From: Hydrolagus affinis | Lineage: Eukaryota | Direction: 5' to 3' | DNA: 64,000 nucleotides | Assembly: GCA_012026655.1 (NCBI GenBank) | Contig: JAAILG010000011.1 | Coordinates: 124,001 to 188,000, forward strand | Shown: positions 50,171 through 64,000 of the stretch, one piece after another | Position numbering within the stretch: the first letter of the stretch is position 1 | Layout of the letters: every line of letters starts with the position of its first letter | The notes under the pieces: model-generated | What the model was told of the DNA's origin: nothing | What the model saw: the letters and a program-made list of their open reading frames with translations, nothing else | Database searches by the model: none | Program-made: the position numbers and the translations under genes

Positions 50171-51259
50171 GCATTACCACAGGGATCTCTGAATTGTTTA
50201 AACAGCAGGCTCTGTTCTGAAGGAGAGAACCTTGAGGTGACTGAGGCATTGAGCTTCCACTTCAAATGAGGCAAATGATTTGATCACTTTTGTTTTTAAC
50301 CGTGTAACATTTTTTTAAAAAAAACCTTGCTGCCTTCTGTGGGCCCTCAACGCCTCTGCCTTTTCCATGGCTTACCTGTCAAACACACTTGTGTTCCGAT
50401 AAGGTTACCTACCGCCTGTGATTGATGTGACTGGGTTGATTGGTTAAAAGTCTCACCAATTATGTGTCACCTTGTGACTCATCGGTATTTTTGGTTGTGT
50501 TAACTTACTGGTCAAATAACTATTTAGTGACAGTTTTGAAAAGTTGTTAAGATTTGAATATGGAGGTTAAGTGTACCACTTGATTTAGAATAATGTTATT
50601 GGGGTTAGTTGACTAGTTTTGGTTGGGCAAAAGGTTTAGAGTGGAGTGAAGATACAGATCTTGCTGTGCGCAAAGTGGCTTCAGCATGTCGCCCACATAA
50701 CATACGGACAATTCACTTTACAGTATATTTTGAGACGTCTTGAAGATGCAATAAGGCACTATATCAAATGCCAGGGTTATTATTTATTATTACATGCGAC
50801 TGATGGTGAACAACTGTGGGGGATTTTCAACCAGACCGGTCAATCACCGCCAGGTGGTGCTCTCGCGTACAATCAAAAGGATAGAGAGCGATAGAACACG
50901 ATTTGTTGCGTCAAATTGAGAACTAAACCAAATTCACAAAGCATTTCATCCATCTTGAAATAAAAATCTAAACTATAAAGTTTAAACTGCAGTCTATCGC
51001 TTCCGCCTCTTGTTTTTATTCGGCCTGTTCAAGGTGCCACCTAGAGTTGGAGACAAATGGGTGGAAACTCCTGGGCTTATGGGATGAGAACTGGACAATT
51101 CTTAAGGGGCTATTTGATAAATAACTTAAGTTCTTAATACGTTCCCTTAGCTGATCGAAATAACTTACTGCCAAGTTGTAGTAGCAAAGAAATTAAACTT
51201 TTTTTCTGAATGTGATTCCAAAAGGATATTGGCCATAGATATTGGATATAAGCACCAGG

Positions 51260-51460
51260 AGAACTTCCTCTTTGAAATCATGCTGCGGGATCTTTAATAT
51301 TCATCTGAATAGTCTGGCACAACTTTGTTTTAGCTCATCCGAAAGATGGCATCTCTAAAAGAACATTCGCCCAGGACTAAATTAGTGTTTGCCTGGATTT
51401 TGAGCTCAAATCCTTGTGCTGGGTTTCAAACCATAGTCATTTGACCCAGGGGTGAAAGTA
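51260..51460 (-). mobile_element. Deu-domain SINE, degraded
   Basis: tgctgcgggatctttaatattcatctgaa...ctcatccgaaagatggcatct. Confidence 0.55.
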
Positions 51461-54400
51461 CAGTACTTGGTAATTACCTATTTATGCCATGAACAAAATA
51501 ATTATCAGGGAAACATCTCAACAATGGCATCCTCCTTATCTAGAACATCCCAACAAATAAATAATCCTCTGTCATCCAGATAGGGGAACAAAATGCCCCC
51601 TTTAGCCAGTCACTCTTAATAAATGACATAGAGTTGATATTTGAAGAATGTTTGTCACGTGCAAGGATGGTTATTCACAAGAAAAATAGAAACTAGTAAA
51701 GATCAGTGGGCTGACGGGCTGGTGAATGGCTATCTTTATGTGACAATTGGGCTCATTTTTAATCTTGGGTTTGTACAGCAGTGTGGAAGTGCATGAATCC
51801 AACACTTATTTTCTGACACTGCACTTCATATTGGGAATCAAGCAGCTAACAATATCCAGCTTTGGTATCAGGTACATGGTTTAAGTGTGAGCAGCTGTTG
51901 GGTAAGCACTGAAAGGCAGAGAGTTGAGGAACTCCTAGCTCTGGGCCCAATATTAGACACAGCTCTGCATTGAAGAGTGATTAGTGGGCCATGGAAGAAA
52001 GACGACTGTGACAAAATCAATCACCCACCCATTCTGCCAGACTAAATACCATCACTGCAAAACGGGAGAGCGGAAACGAGAGCGAGAAAATATGGCCTTA
52101 AAAATCGAACATGAACCACATATCAATTGCACTAAATGCTCCGGTATCTACTCGGTGCACTTGCAGTAAAGCACGGCTCACAGATGCACACTGTGCCAGG
52201 ACGATAATCGGGGAACATTGTTCTCAAACATCTGGCCAGCAGATAAGGTATGCCTGTATACAGATGATAATGAAAGCAGGCATCTGCAGCCCAGTGTGTT
52301 GAAAATTTCCCCAGTTTCTGAAAAGGTTTTATTTAGCCCACTGACCCTAATTGAATATTAATGAACTAATTACAGAAATATTGTTCTTCACAAATCCTGA
52401 ATAGGTGATTTTTTTTTAAAAAGTGCCATTATTTTTTTATTAATGTTTGCACAGCGTATAATTGAATCTTTGTGGCTGCCAGCAGCTGTCAGATTCACCT
52501 CTTTGAGCTGCTACAATAAACAGAATTAAAAATTTGCTGGAAGTGTGATTCATATCACTGCGGTAAGCTTGTTGGGGTTTTGCTTTCTACATTTTTTAAA
52601 GAGGCAGCCTTGCTTGCGCTGGTTCACAAACATCAAACCTACATCCACTTTCTTCTTCGGCTCATCGGCATTCAAAACATAGTCCTTTTTGTTCAAAGCC
52701 AAAGTGGTCAGAGAAGGTCAACTCCACAGAGAGCGACTGTCTTTACTCAATGGGTGGTGGTGTCCTCTCGCCAAGTGGCCAGTAGTTGCTGAAGAGCACC
52801 CTGTGGGTGGGTTCATGTCATTATCATAAACCAGAAAAATGAGCGTTGAGCTGTTAGATTTTGTGAGCGAATTGTTCGGATTTGTAACAATGCACTACTG
52901 CTGAAAATTCATGAGTAACATCCGCCATTAGAACTATAACTACTCAGCACGATTTCTTTTGGTCAGTTTTCACACTGTTGTGTTGCTGTAGTTCTGATTG
53001 CTGTCAACTGCGCGTTTTGTGATCTGCGAGTATTGCTTCTACTGAGGACCTGAAGGACCTGTTCTAGGGCAGGATGTGAAGGAATGATAATAATAATAAT
53101 CCTTGCATTGTATATAATGGCGCATTGTTTGTCATCGAGATGCCTCAAAGCGCTTCACAGAATACACTGTAAAGTGAATTGACTGTATATTTTCTGGGCG
53201 AAACGCAAGGATTGCCCCATGCACAAACAGCTGTGGCTTGAGAGTGGCACTGTTATAATGCAGGTGGTGAGGGTATGGCACTTGTTATAATCTGAATGCG
53301 ACGGAATATCGCTGAAGAGAGGGAAGACAGTATTTCAAAGGTGTTTGCAATGGGAAGTTTCATCGTCCTCTTCAGAACCCAAGGACAGTAAATCTCAATG
53401 TTGATTACTGCCTAAAGGGCATAAATGGATTTGGGGTTTGCACAACTCACAGCCAAAAGGATGCTGAGGTGGGAAGTGAGGGTATAGGGACTGGATTGAC
53501 ACATGCTGAAGACTAACGCAGACTGTTTTGCAATCAAATAACTGAATTTTTTTTCCTTTATGCCATAGGTACGAAAAATAATTTCCTTGCCCAGTGATGT
53601 GATCATTCCCGACAGTAAATTATTGCCTAATAGTCAAAATTCCAGAGTGTGTAGCAATGGAGCCATGATTCCCCTTGAGAACAAATAGCATGTGGCAGTG
53701 TTAATGGTGCATTACTGAGACCCTCTCAGTCGTGGCAGAGAACATCAAAATTCACTGGCACCTGCGACTGCAGATCTGCGGATCTTTCTCATTTTATGAG
53801 AGAAGGTCATTGTTACACTTTTGATGGTGAATTATTCCCTCGTTTATTCTGTGCTTTCCGAGGGCCTCTGTTTAAGATGGTAGGAAATGGCAGCCATCCT
53901 CTCCCGTCCTATCGTTAGTTTACAATTCATTTGCATCATCTCCGGTTTAAACGGACCTGAGATCCGTTTGTGCTTCTTCTCCTAGCGTGGGATGCCCCAC
54001 CTGTCAGATGAATACAAACTTGTCTCGAATGGATTTGAATCCCAAGTTGGGTTCTGTGTCTAGTTGGAAAAGTATCCATGATTTTTCTGCCCTACAGGGT
54101 GTCCGTTCACACCGCTGAAACCTTAACGGAGTGTACAGGAGCTTTTGGAGGCTCTGTTCAGTAATATTGAGACTGACTCTTTTCAATTGACTAGGGGGAG
54201 CACGAGGGAGATGATACATCACTCAAGCCCATTAGTGATATTTTCCATCCCTATAGCCTAAAGTAAGGGAAAAAAATCCAGTTATTTGATCCAGTTGCCC
54301 TTCACCTTGAGTATCAGAGCAGCATCACCTGCTTTTACTCCTGTCACCTCATTACAGCCAAATGCAAATTCTTCTGCCTGTGCATTACCTTCTAAAATGT

Positions 54401-56129
54401 CTTGAATTTCCATTGACACAGCCAGTCAATCCTCTCCAGAGCCCTGAAACTATACCTCTATAGAACTGTGCTCTCCCTCAAAGAAGTCTGGTTTCCTCTG
54501 CCTTGGAAGAGGAGAAAAATGAAGCAGAATACAAGCTGAGAGTTTACCATAATTTCCAGCTCTTAGCCTTGCAAAGAGCTAATAGCGTGTTAAGTGAGGC
54601 ACTGTCTTTTGGAAGAAATTAGTCACAACATTGTCTTTTCCCAAGAATGCCCGGAGCAGCTGCTTATTTGAAGGGTTTTTTAAAATTCTTTTACATTTCT
54701 TTATTAGGCTCATAAATGCACAGCAAGATGGTTTAGTCTGTGTCACAGCGGTGCCAGTCATGCCACAGGAACATAATTTACGTTGGAAACATGCACTGCA
54801 TCCCTTGCACGATGTTGTCGTGATGTGCAGATTCCCTCGTTTCTTTCCCTTCCAAAATAATGATGACTTGACTTCCACCATCAAATGCTGAAGCCTGTTT
54901 ATTGTTCTAGAGGAAGCTTGAGAGTGACCCGCTGTCTCATTACAGCCGGGAGGAATAATTTTATGCATTGTACATTGCAAGTACTTTACACCCACATGAT
55001 TTATGCCATGATTCTGTAGAGATTCAGTATTGCTTACCTGTGGTAGGTGTTGTATGTGTTGTCACGCTAAGATTGCAGGGCATACTGCTGCCCAAATATC
55101 ACGTCTGATTTTTGCAATGATGAAAGCAGACACGCAAAGCACACCTTGTTCCCATGACATGGAGCGGCATCAGAGAATATATTGGTCAAACTTTCTTGTC
55201 CTACCCTCGGATGTGAAAGAGAGCAGAGACATAAACAGTGTCTAAATTATATAGTAGAGTATATATACTTCATTGTGTATATTAACCCATTAGATGTATG
55301 TCATCGATAAGATCTTTATTTCCAAGGTGAATCAAAAATGCATTTTGCCAAGTGAGCAGCACATTGAACAGTTTACTGAGTAGGAGGAGCAGCTCTAGAT
55401 AATACAAGTGAAGGTATATTTCAACTTGCTGCCTGCTTATTAGCATGTGAGATCTACATTGGTTTGTATAAACCAGTGCACTCTATTCAAGTGTGCATAC
55501 AGAGAAAGCTTCAACAACTTCAAAAGCCAAACCCCACCTCCCTCACCCCAGCTGTCATCTCTGTGTGAACCTTGGCCCATTAAATGTGTACGGAAAAGTT
55601 CAGTTTATTACAATGCAGGGGCGGATTAGTGCCATGACTTATTAAAACAGTTGCCACAAATGACCCTTTGCTATCTTGGAACTTTTGCTGATGTTTGTCA
55701 GGCCTGTCTCCGTGCTGGAGGTGGGGAGGCGGAGGGAACAATTGGCACACCAATTTATTCTGCTTTACTGAATCCAGCAATCGTGTTCCGCATTACCGAA
55801 CTCTCCTTGACTTCTGGATGGATATGATCACGCTGACGAGAGAGTCACTAACTTTACTCAACTGAAAATACGAAAAATAACATCACTCTGCACTGCGTTA
55901 GGCAATTGATATGAATGTCCTTAGGAGGTCTTTATCTGTTCAAATCAACTCAGTCTATGGGAGCTTTTAAAATAGGTGCAGATTTTAGGTTGGCAACCTT
56001 TGCACTTGAGTGCTTCATTATTCTCTTCACAGCTTATGCCTCTCAAAGAGCTCATGTATATTTCTGTGATGTTTGTACCATATCTTCCTTTCTTCTCTTG
56101 CATGAGCATTTACTTCCGTTTACTCGTGC

Positions 56130-56415
56130 ACTGGCGAGAAGGTCAGTAACCCGAGGGCAGCGATCTAAAATGGTTGTTGAAAGAAAGGGAGGTGGGGTGA
56201 GGATAAATTTTTTCACTCAGCAAACTGTTCGGATCTGGAATGCATTGCCTGAAAGGGTAATTGAAGCTGATTTGATAAACAACTTTTAAGAGAGAAGTAG
56301 ATAATTATTTGGGGAGGACAAGTTTGCACGGCTATGGGGAGAGAGCGGGGGAGTGGGATTCATTTCGAGAGCTCTTTTCGAACGGCCGGCACAGACACTA
56401 TAATTTGATGATTCT
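56130..56415 (+). mobile_element. CR1-clade LINE 3' fragment
   Basis: SVTRGQ..K...NFFTQQTVRIWNALPERVIEA. Confidence 0.8.
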
Positions 56416-59400
56416 AGTGACAATGCGAAATCTCAGACATCTAAATAAACTTTCTGTACCTTCTTCTGAGCACCAATTGACTATATTAAAACAAAACTCT
56501 GCACAAAGGCGTTCTCTTTGAAGAGGTGTCCTTGCTTTGATTTATAATGAGAATTTCTTGCCGTATGTGTCATTGTGTATTTTTACAGCAACTCGTGGTG
56601 TTCAGTAGATTGCTTAGTTTATTAGCATAATTGGCACGTTTTGAATGCTAATTGCTATTCTATTCAAAATAGGATGCAAGGCTAAATAACACATTTAGCT
56701 AGACCTTGCCTCCAGTCTTCCAAGACATCTTTGATCCTCAACAAAAAAAATAACTGCCCGATCAATGCACCATGGAGTTGAAGAGCCAGTTTCTTCACTG
56801 CCGCTGTTGGAATGAAAGCAAATGATTTGCATTCTAGCCATTCTGATAATTAGAAATATATGATGTATATAATCACTAGCTATGTACAACCTATCCACAA
56901 CAAGAACTTGCATTTATACAGTGTTAATATCTCAGAGCGCTTCACAAGGACAGGATAGGACACTCAGCAAGGGCGGGGAGAGGGAGGCAGCCATAAGTGC
57001 ATTCAAGGTAGGGTTTGTGGCAGGACCTAAGTAGAGGAAGTGAGATGGTGTAGAGGGAGGGAGTTGCAGAGGTTTGAGGTGTACCCCTGTCCTCCACAGC
57101 TGCTATTTTACATTCATTCTTTAACATAATCTCTGTTAGATACACATTTTAAAAGGGTTGTGCTTTCTCGGCTAATATCATGGTCTGAGTTCCTTGCTGC
57201 AGATGCTGATTCAAAAACCCCAAGCGTAAATAATTAAAGCTGCGAACAATTACGTCTAAACATTTTAATTAATCTGCCCTGTGTAAATAATTAAAACATT
57301 GCAGCACCAAAATGTTTTAATTTATCTGCCTGGCTATTCGGGTAGTTGATGCAAAGATGGAGCAGTTCAAACAGATGCTGGTGGGATGCGCTTTATAGTG
57401 GACCACGATGGTTTGATCTGAACTGATAGTTCCTAGCGCTGGGGCTTTTACTAAGTGGGGTGGCGGGGGGTCAATCAGGCAATAGTTCCTATAACATTCA
57501 GCAACAGCCTGTTCTGAAATTCCAACTATAACACTAGTCATCTTGGCCACTGGGGACAGTTTGTGTTGCAGTAGATGCTAAATTAGGTGCAGAGCAGATT
57601 GCTGTAATATTGTTTACCAAGTGCTCCATGTTTATTAAAACTGATAATTTGTTGTCTCATGCCTGAACGCACAGGACTTGCAGAGATTTAGTTTTGCCCT
57701 CTTCAATTCCACTTGCAGATCTTCCCACTTGCCCCATTTGTTGCAGAGGGTGACCCATATTGGGCACCAGTACAGGGTCACCGAGTTAGTGCCAGTCCTG
57801 AACTGACATGCGTTCTCTCTGAGATAGGCATGATTCGCACCAAATTCAGTGCAACAGGAGCCAGGATTTTTTTTAAAGGTTTTCTCACCTCTCCTTGTTC
57901 TTCTTGATCATTCACTTTCAATTTGAGATGATTGACGGGAGCTTGAAACCCTGCCTTCACCTGATTCTGATACAGAATCTTGTTGAAACGCAATTTCTGC
58001 GCTGACCTTCCAAGTGGAGGCTTGATTTGCATGTGGAACTGGCTGAATTGTGTATTTTTGGGGTGTTATGCTTTGGTCAGCAGGGTGTTTGACACATGCG
58101 GGAACTCATGCCACAACCGTGCTTAAAAGTATCCAAATCAAACTGAGAATTCCATGCATCCCGCACCTACACATGGGAATTCCAGAGATAGATTGTTGGA
58201 AAGGAACATGTGCTCTCTCCCTGGAGGAAAGCATCCTGCTTACCGAATTTCAGAAAGTATAAGCACAGGTTGGCAAGAGCCAAGGTTTGGGGACCCCAGA
58301 GTGTACATTGGAGTACTGCTGAAGTTTAACCAGCTAAACCTGAGATTGATATTGCTGTCTGACAAGCTTTCCTGCTGCTTGTCCAGCTGGGACCACTCTA
58401 TTGGTTAGGGCTTTGGCTTACAGGGTTATTAGATGACCCGGATTCCACCAGTGTGACTCTCATCCAAGCTGATTTTCAAAGCAGTCTGAAGCCTCTCAGC
58501 AAAGTTCACTCATGATTCTTCTTGCTTGCCTTGAGAATGTGCCCTTCACCTCCCTCCCTTCCACGCTCCCTTGCTCCTTCTTGTGGCTGACTCTCCTCGT
58601 TGCACAGAGGTTACATATCCTTGGCTGATGTATGGGGACCAGGTGTAGAAAACTGATGTCAAAATCATTCTTTGTTACTTATCGAACGCATGAGAGCTAT
58701 TGTACACTCAGACACGGTACTTGCAAAGTCGATGCTTTTTTTTACTCCCGCTTCAGTTTTTTTCAGCTGGATGTTTCAGAATCAAGGGAAGGCAGGGTTT
58801 CAAACTCTGCTCAGCCCTTTGCAGGTGATGCATACACATTGGTTAAAAACAAATTTGTGATGGGGTTGTGCTGCAGGCCGGAGCGTGAAAGGAGAAGCTT
58901 TGGAAAATCTTAAGGCAAATAGCAGAGCACGTTCTTAAAGGAAATAAGGTGACAAAGCAGGGAGAGTGAACAAAGAGGAGGAATCATAAACGTTACACCA
59001 GGCAAGCAAGTTATCTAGAGAGCAGCAGTAACACAGTATTGCATAATGGGCTAAAGTAGGCGTTTGGACGAAGGCTAATTTAGAAACCAGTGACCTATTG
59101 ATTGAATGAATTTAAACCAAAGTACAGTTCTGGCATATGGCTGAGTATGTTGACATTTAATCAGAGGTAAGTACGTAATGTTTATTAATAGCTTAATTTG
59201 TGCATTGTGTGTGACCTGTATCCTAAGCTCAACAAAACCCTGTATCAGTAATGAAGTCACATTACATTTGCATCTCAGTGTGAGCATAGCGTATGTAAGA
59301 GCAGCTTCATTCTGCAACTAAACTCCAGAGTGTAATGCAAGGAAGGTTGAGCGAGAAGTGCCTTTAATTAGGTAAAGGTAGTCATTTCAGCATAAGTGCT

Positions 59401-62400
59401 TGTCAAAAGAGGACATTGAGGGGGGGGGAAAATGAATGGAGAGCCATTACTGAACCTTTCTGCTACGGCTTAGTGTTCCTCTGGTTAACAGAATAACTAA
59501 GCTGTCCGTGTATTCCTCTAATAGAGATCCTCTAACAGAAAGCTTATCATTAGCTTAACAAGAGGACATTGCCCCTTTCAAAAGGGGGCACTGTGCTCTT
59601 AGAAAATGTGTTAGCTATTTTGTTCAAAACAAATTACAGTAACAGAAACTCATAGCATATTGTGTTTTTGCCTATTATGGCTTTGTGATAGAGACTCTTT
59701 CTCCAAAGCAGCAAAAAAAATGTTCACCTAACACGTTTTCAGAAAGATTTTATCTTTCGACAGTGTATGTCTCCTCCGTTCTTATGAGGTGTTTTGCCTC
59801 CTTTTTCCTTCGACTTGGGTTGGATCCATGTACTTTGTCTGAGTTGTATTTATTTGTGAGCATTGAGAGCAAGTGTTATTAGGCTATTTGATCACAGGGG
59901 CATCATAACCAAATTTGGTTCTCGACTCAACTAATGACTTTTCTTCATCTTAATACTTTATAAAGCCAGGCTTACAATGTAGCAATCAGAAACTAGAATC
60001 CTGCTTTCTAGCCTGAGACATTATAGCTTTGAGGGATTCATGAGACATTGGTGCCAATTGTAAAATTAATAATTCTTAATAATAATCCTTGCATTTGATA
60101 TAGCACCTTATCATGTTGTTGAGAGGTTTCAAAGTGCTTCACAGGATGTACTGTAAAGTGGAATGACTATTTTATAACGAAACACGGCAGCCAATTGCGT
60201 ACAGCAATGCCCCACAAACAGCCATGGAGCGAGTGGCCAATTTGATAATGTCAATCTGTCCACCGCCATGGTTGCTATTACAATTCAGCAACAGGAATCA
60301 GCTATGAAGTAATGTGCGATTGACAGAATTAAAAGCCTCAAGAAATTCCAAGAAAATATGTACCAAAGGCCTCTTGAGTTTTTAGGTGGAGCTGTAATGG
60401 CACAGGCTGAATGGCTGCATTTCTTGGGGTCATTTCTGATTTTGGTTGCTTTCTGTGTTACCCAGCATTTGTCAACATGGCCGCGTGTTGTGATGTGATA
60501 CACTAAACTTAAATCACTAGAGCAGGGCTCCTAATTCAACACGAATCCCCAAGGTACCAGCTTGCGTTTTACACTCTGACATCTAATGGGTTTTGTATTA
60601 CATCTATAACATTCAGAAGTTTGACATCCTAAATTTATACCTCACGTTTCACCATCAGAACTGTTATCCTTCTCTCCCCCCACTTGGTAAATGAAGTACT
60701 TTACTAGGCTCCTGACCTATGATATGACAAATTGAGATGATTGTTTTGAGGAGCACAGCTGACATTGATGACAACAAATGAGTGGTGGGAGGAGAAGGGA
60801 GAAAACACTAATGGACTAAACAGTGGCATTGCAGTCAGAATGTGCTGCAGGATATTAGACGGAGCCGTTTCCTTAGTGTTTGAATTATTGGCTTTTGCTA
60901 TTGTCATCTTCCTGATGAATCAGCTGCTCATTGTGGCTAACCTCTCAGGTAAAGAGGTTACCTCTTGTTCTCTGACTCGGGAGGGGAGCCATGTCAATGT
61001 GGATATACCCTTTTTATCAGTTTACCATTGGACTCCATCGACGGTTGTTGAGATGCTGAGCGATACTTTTAGATCAGTGAATCTAAATGCTCACTTGCCT
61101 GCCACTGGGCAGTATCCTCACACAGTTCATGCTTAACTACCTCAAACGCTGTTTTCTAATCCATTTAAAGCCGGAGGTATATTAAGCCATCCGATGGCAA
61201 CTTACTTACAGCTACTCATGCTTAATACTTAATACCAGAAATGAGCCACTTGACTCATGTAAATTGGCATGGCTTATAGCGCTCGAATGGCAACTACACA
61301 AAGACTTGATTTTAACCGTGTTTCAATGACTGAATTACACGTTCTAGCTTAAGAATACTCCAGATGGAAAATATTAATCGTTGAGCAGAGAAGGCAAATG
61401 CCTGTAAGATCACAAGAAATGTTTCGCTGATGAAGGTACTTTAGCTCATTTGATTTCATCCTAGTAGATTGCCAACCTAGGCAACTACCTGTTACAATAT
61501 CGAACTGTTTTAAATGCATTCAGGCCTCAACTAGCTGCTTATTACCCTCTATATAAAGTAATACCTCCTGTTGTTTGTCCTAAAATTGCCCTTCCCTTTC
61601 CTTGGTGTATTTGAAAATAATCTTCTGTTCAATTATCCTGTTGACCAGCTTGTAGCTTATACTGCTTTAGTATCCCATGAGATTGTCTATCATTCCCATC
61701 TCCACAAATGATTCTTTCAGGTCCATGTCCTTCGAGAGCCTATAGAGGACGGCACCTTGCTCATTTCAGCTGCCGCGTTATTGAGATGGTTAGAGATGAA
61801 GAGCCCACCCAGCTTCTGGAGAAACTCTTCCTCTACACATGCAGAGCATGCACAAGGAATTTGTTGCTTGACTGACTTAGAAACATGCACATCGCCTTGG
61901 AATGTTTCAATGTGATTTCAGTCAGATGCAATTTCGGTTGGATGGAGTCGACAGAATTAATTTTCTCGTACAACACAGGAATTATTTCTGCCCTTGTAAA
62001 ATTTGATGTAGCCATTTGACCTGATCATTTTCTTTCTAATTACAGTATTTCATTGTCCAGTGCTGTTTTGTTCCCTCGCAATGTTAGATTCTCTTTTTAA
62101 AATCTCATATTCAGGAGAGTAGCCTGTAGCCCTTTACCTGTTGACCCTTCTTTGTGCAGCTGCTGCAATTTCTGGGATTTTCTATAAAGCGTGGTGGTAT
62201 TTTATCCTTTGGATCCTATCGTATTTGATATATTTGTGTACAGCATGCCTTGGGTCATGCAAGACGAAGCAAATACATGATTTTCCCAGTGCCTTTGGGA
62301 CGTCCTCCCGACATGAAACGCTCTGTACAAATTTAGTTTGTTGATTCTCTTCTCACCACCCTTCCACATCCCCCACCCAAAAAATAAATAAAGTTGTCAT

Positions 62401-63239
62401 TGCAAACTTTTAACCCTATTGGCATTTCGGCAGAGTATACCTGGTTGAGCTACGTACACCTGTACAACAACAACAACTTGGATTTTTATAGCGTCCTCCA
62501 TGCTGAACTGCGTCTCAGAGCGCTTCACTGGGGATGTGATCCTGGATGGATGGTGCATCATAAAATCATGGGTCTTTTCGACAGCGTCAATCCTTGCACA
62601 GTGATCTGGCAACTGGAAATCATAGCCTTTTGCAACAGTTTTCCATTAACAGTTTCATTTTTCATAATAGTTCCTATCAGTTTGGCTGAGTCCAGGCTGA
62701 CACTCCAGTACAGTACTGGGGGAGCAAGGCATTGTTGGAGGTGAATGAGAGCAGATGTTAAATTTGATTCAAAATATCCTGGGTGTTTTTGTGCAGGCTC
62801 TCAGGTTCATTGCAGTATTAAGAGTTAAAAATGCCAGCAATATGATCCACTCTCATCCCTCTTAATTGCATGCTCTCTGATTTCCTGGGTTTTACTTTTT
62901 TTTAAATACCATCAGAGCACAAGTAACACTCCAGCAAATCAGTGAGAATGTGATACTTGTATATACTGCACCAAATAAGCAAAAATGTAAGAAATGAGAT
63001 GAGAGTGGATCTTATTGCTGTTTATTTTAGCCTAACTACCCAACAAAGCAGAAAGCATGTAATGAAAACTCCAGTGAATCAGAGAGCATGTAATTAAGAA
63101 GGGCGAATGAGGGTGGATATTAATTTGGAATTTTTCAACTATTCTGTTTTCCCATCTTAATTGTGTGCTGCCTGACACACTGGAACGTCAATTAGGTGCT
63201 TTTTGATTCTGCTGGCATCTTAGGTTAGTAATGTAATAA

Positions 63240-63830
63240 GAACAACTTGAATTTATATTGCTCTCTTCCTGTAGGGTAATATCTCTGACTACTTCACGAC
63301 AACAGGGTCAGATGTCTGCAACAAGACATCTAATACAGTGCTGAGAGGAGGGGTGCAGGGTTAGGTGATCACAGGTGCAGTTGAAGAGGTTTTTAATCAG
63401 GATTTAAAGACAGATACAAAGGGGTGAGTCTGCGGTTTAGAGGGAGGAAGTTCCAGAGTTTACGCCATGTAGTTGCTGAAGGCTTGACCACTGATGGTGG
63501 TGGGGGAATCTGAATGAATGTGCAAGTGGAAGAGTGGGTAAGATCATAAAGATAGGAGGTGTTAGGGCACAGAGGGATTGATAGGAGAGAGTGAGGACCT
63601 TGAAATCGATTTGCAGGGAACTACTGGAGCCTGGCGAGGATTGAGCTGCTGGACACGCAGAGTTCGGTGAGCAAGAGGATGCAGTCAGTAGGGTTCTATT
63701 TAAGATAGAGCTTAAAGGTGGTGAAACGAAGGAGTCCGGTGATGGGTAGATTGGAGAAATCAAGTTGGGTGATACCAAAGGTGTAAATGAGAGCTTCAGT
63801 GGCATTAGATGTGAGATAGGGTGGAGGTAA
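63240..63830 (-). mobile_element. L2-clade LINE 3' fragment, degraded
   Basis: Minus-strand IDFKVLTLSYQSL..L..P remnant and tail aacaacttgaatttatattg. Confidence 0.65.
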
Positions 63831-64000
63831 TACGCTGGTTGATCAGAGAGCAGTAATTAACACTCCATCCAATGGTTGACTAAATACTCTGAAACTAGCA
63901 ACAATATGGCAGTGAGTCACGGACTACCTGAAACCCCAGTGAATCAGAGTGCAATTGAAAAGTGGATCCTGTCGTTGGTCATCTTATACCTGGTAGAGCA

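Noticed and set aside
59570-59590. GC hairpin TGCCCCTTTCAAAAGGGGGCA
   Set aside because: Does not match the histone stem-loop consensus and has no adjacent gene.
45000-64000. LMO1 exons expected by synteny
   Set aside because: No LIM-domain Cys/His pattern seen in the ORF track or by eye; the gene presumably lies beyond the window.

Overview
Vertebrate genomic DNA, most likely a cartilaginous fish (inferred from Deu-domain SINEs and L2/CR1 repeats typical of sharks and chimaeras). It shows the conserved TUB(+) / RIC3(-) neighbourhood: the last coding exon and 3'UTR of TUB (517-650) and a complete six-exon RIC3 CDS (32457 to 10334; 1101 nt, 366 aa). Head-to-head with RIC3, from a shared CpG-rich promoter, there appears to be a ~10 kb, ~13-exon, 5'TOP non-coding snoRNA host gene (~32982-43070). 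It was built by tandem duplication of exon-intron units and carries five copies of a SNORD35-type box C/D snoRNA. It also carries a second repeated C/D-like element I cannot assign to a known family, whose D-box guide is complementary to 18S rRNA. Three non-autonomous DNA transposons (one hAT, two Tigger/pogo-like) lie in or just after this host gene. The distal ~20 kb has no recognisable genes: repeats plus probable conserved non-coding elements toward LMO1, which is expected by synteny but not seen. Exon models, family assignments and rRNA matches were read by eye and from memory, not computed.
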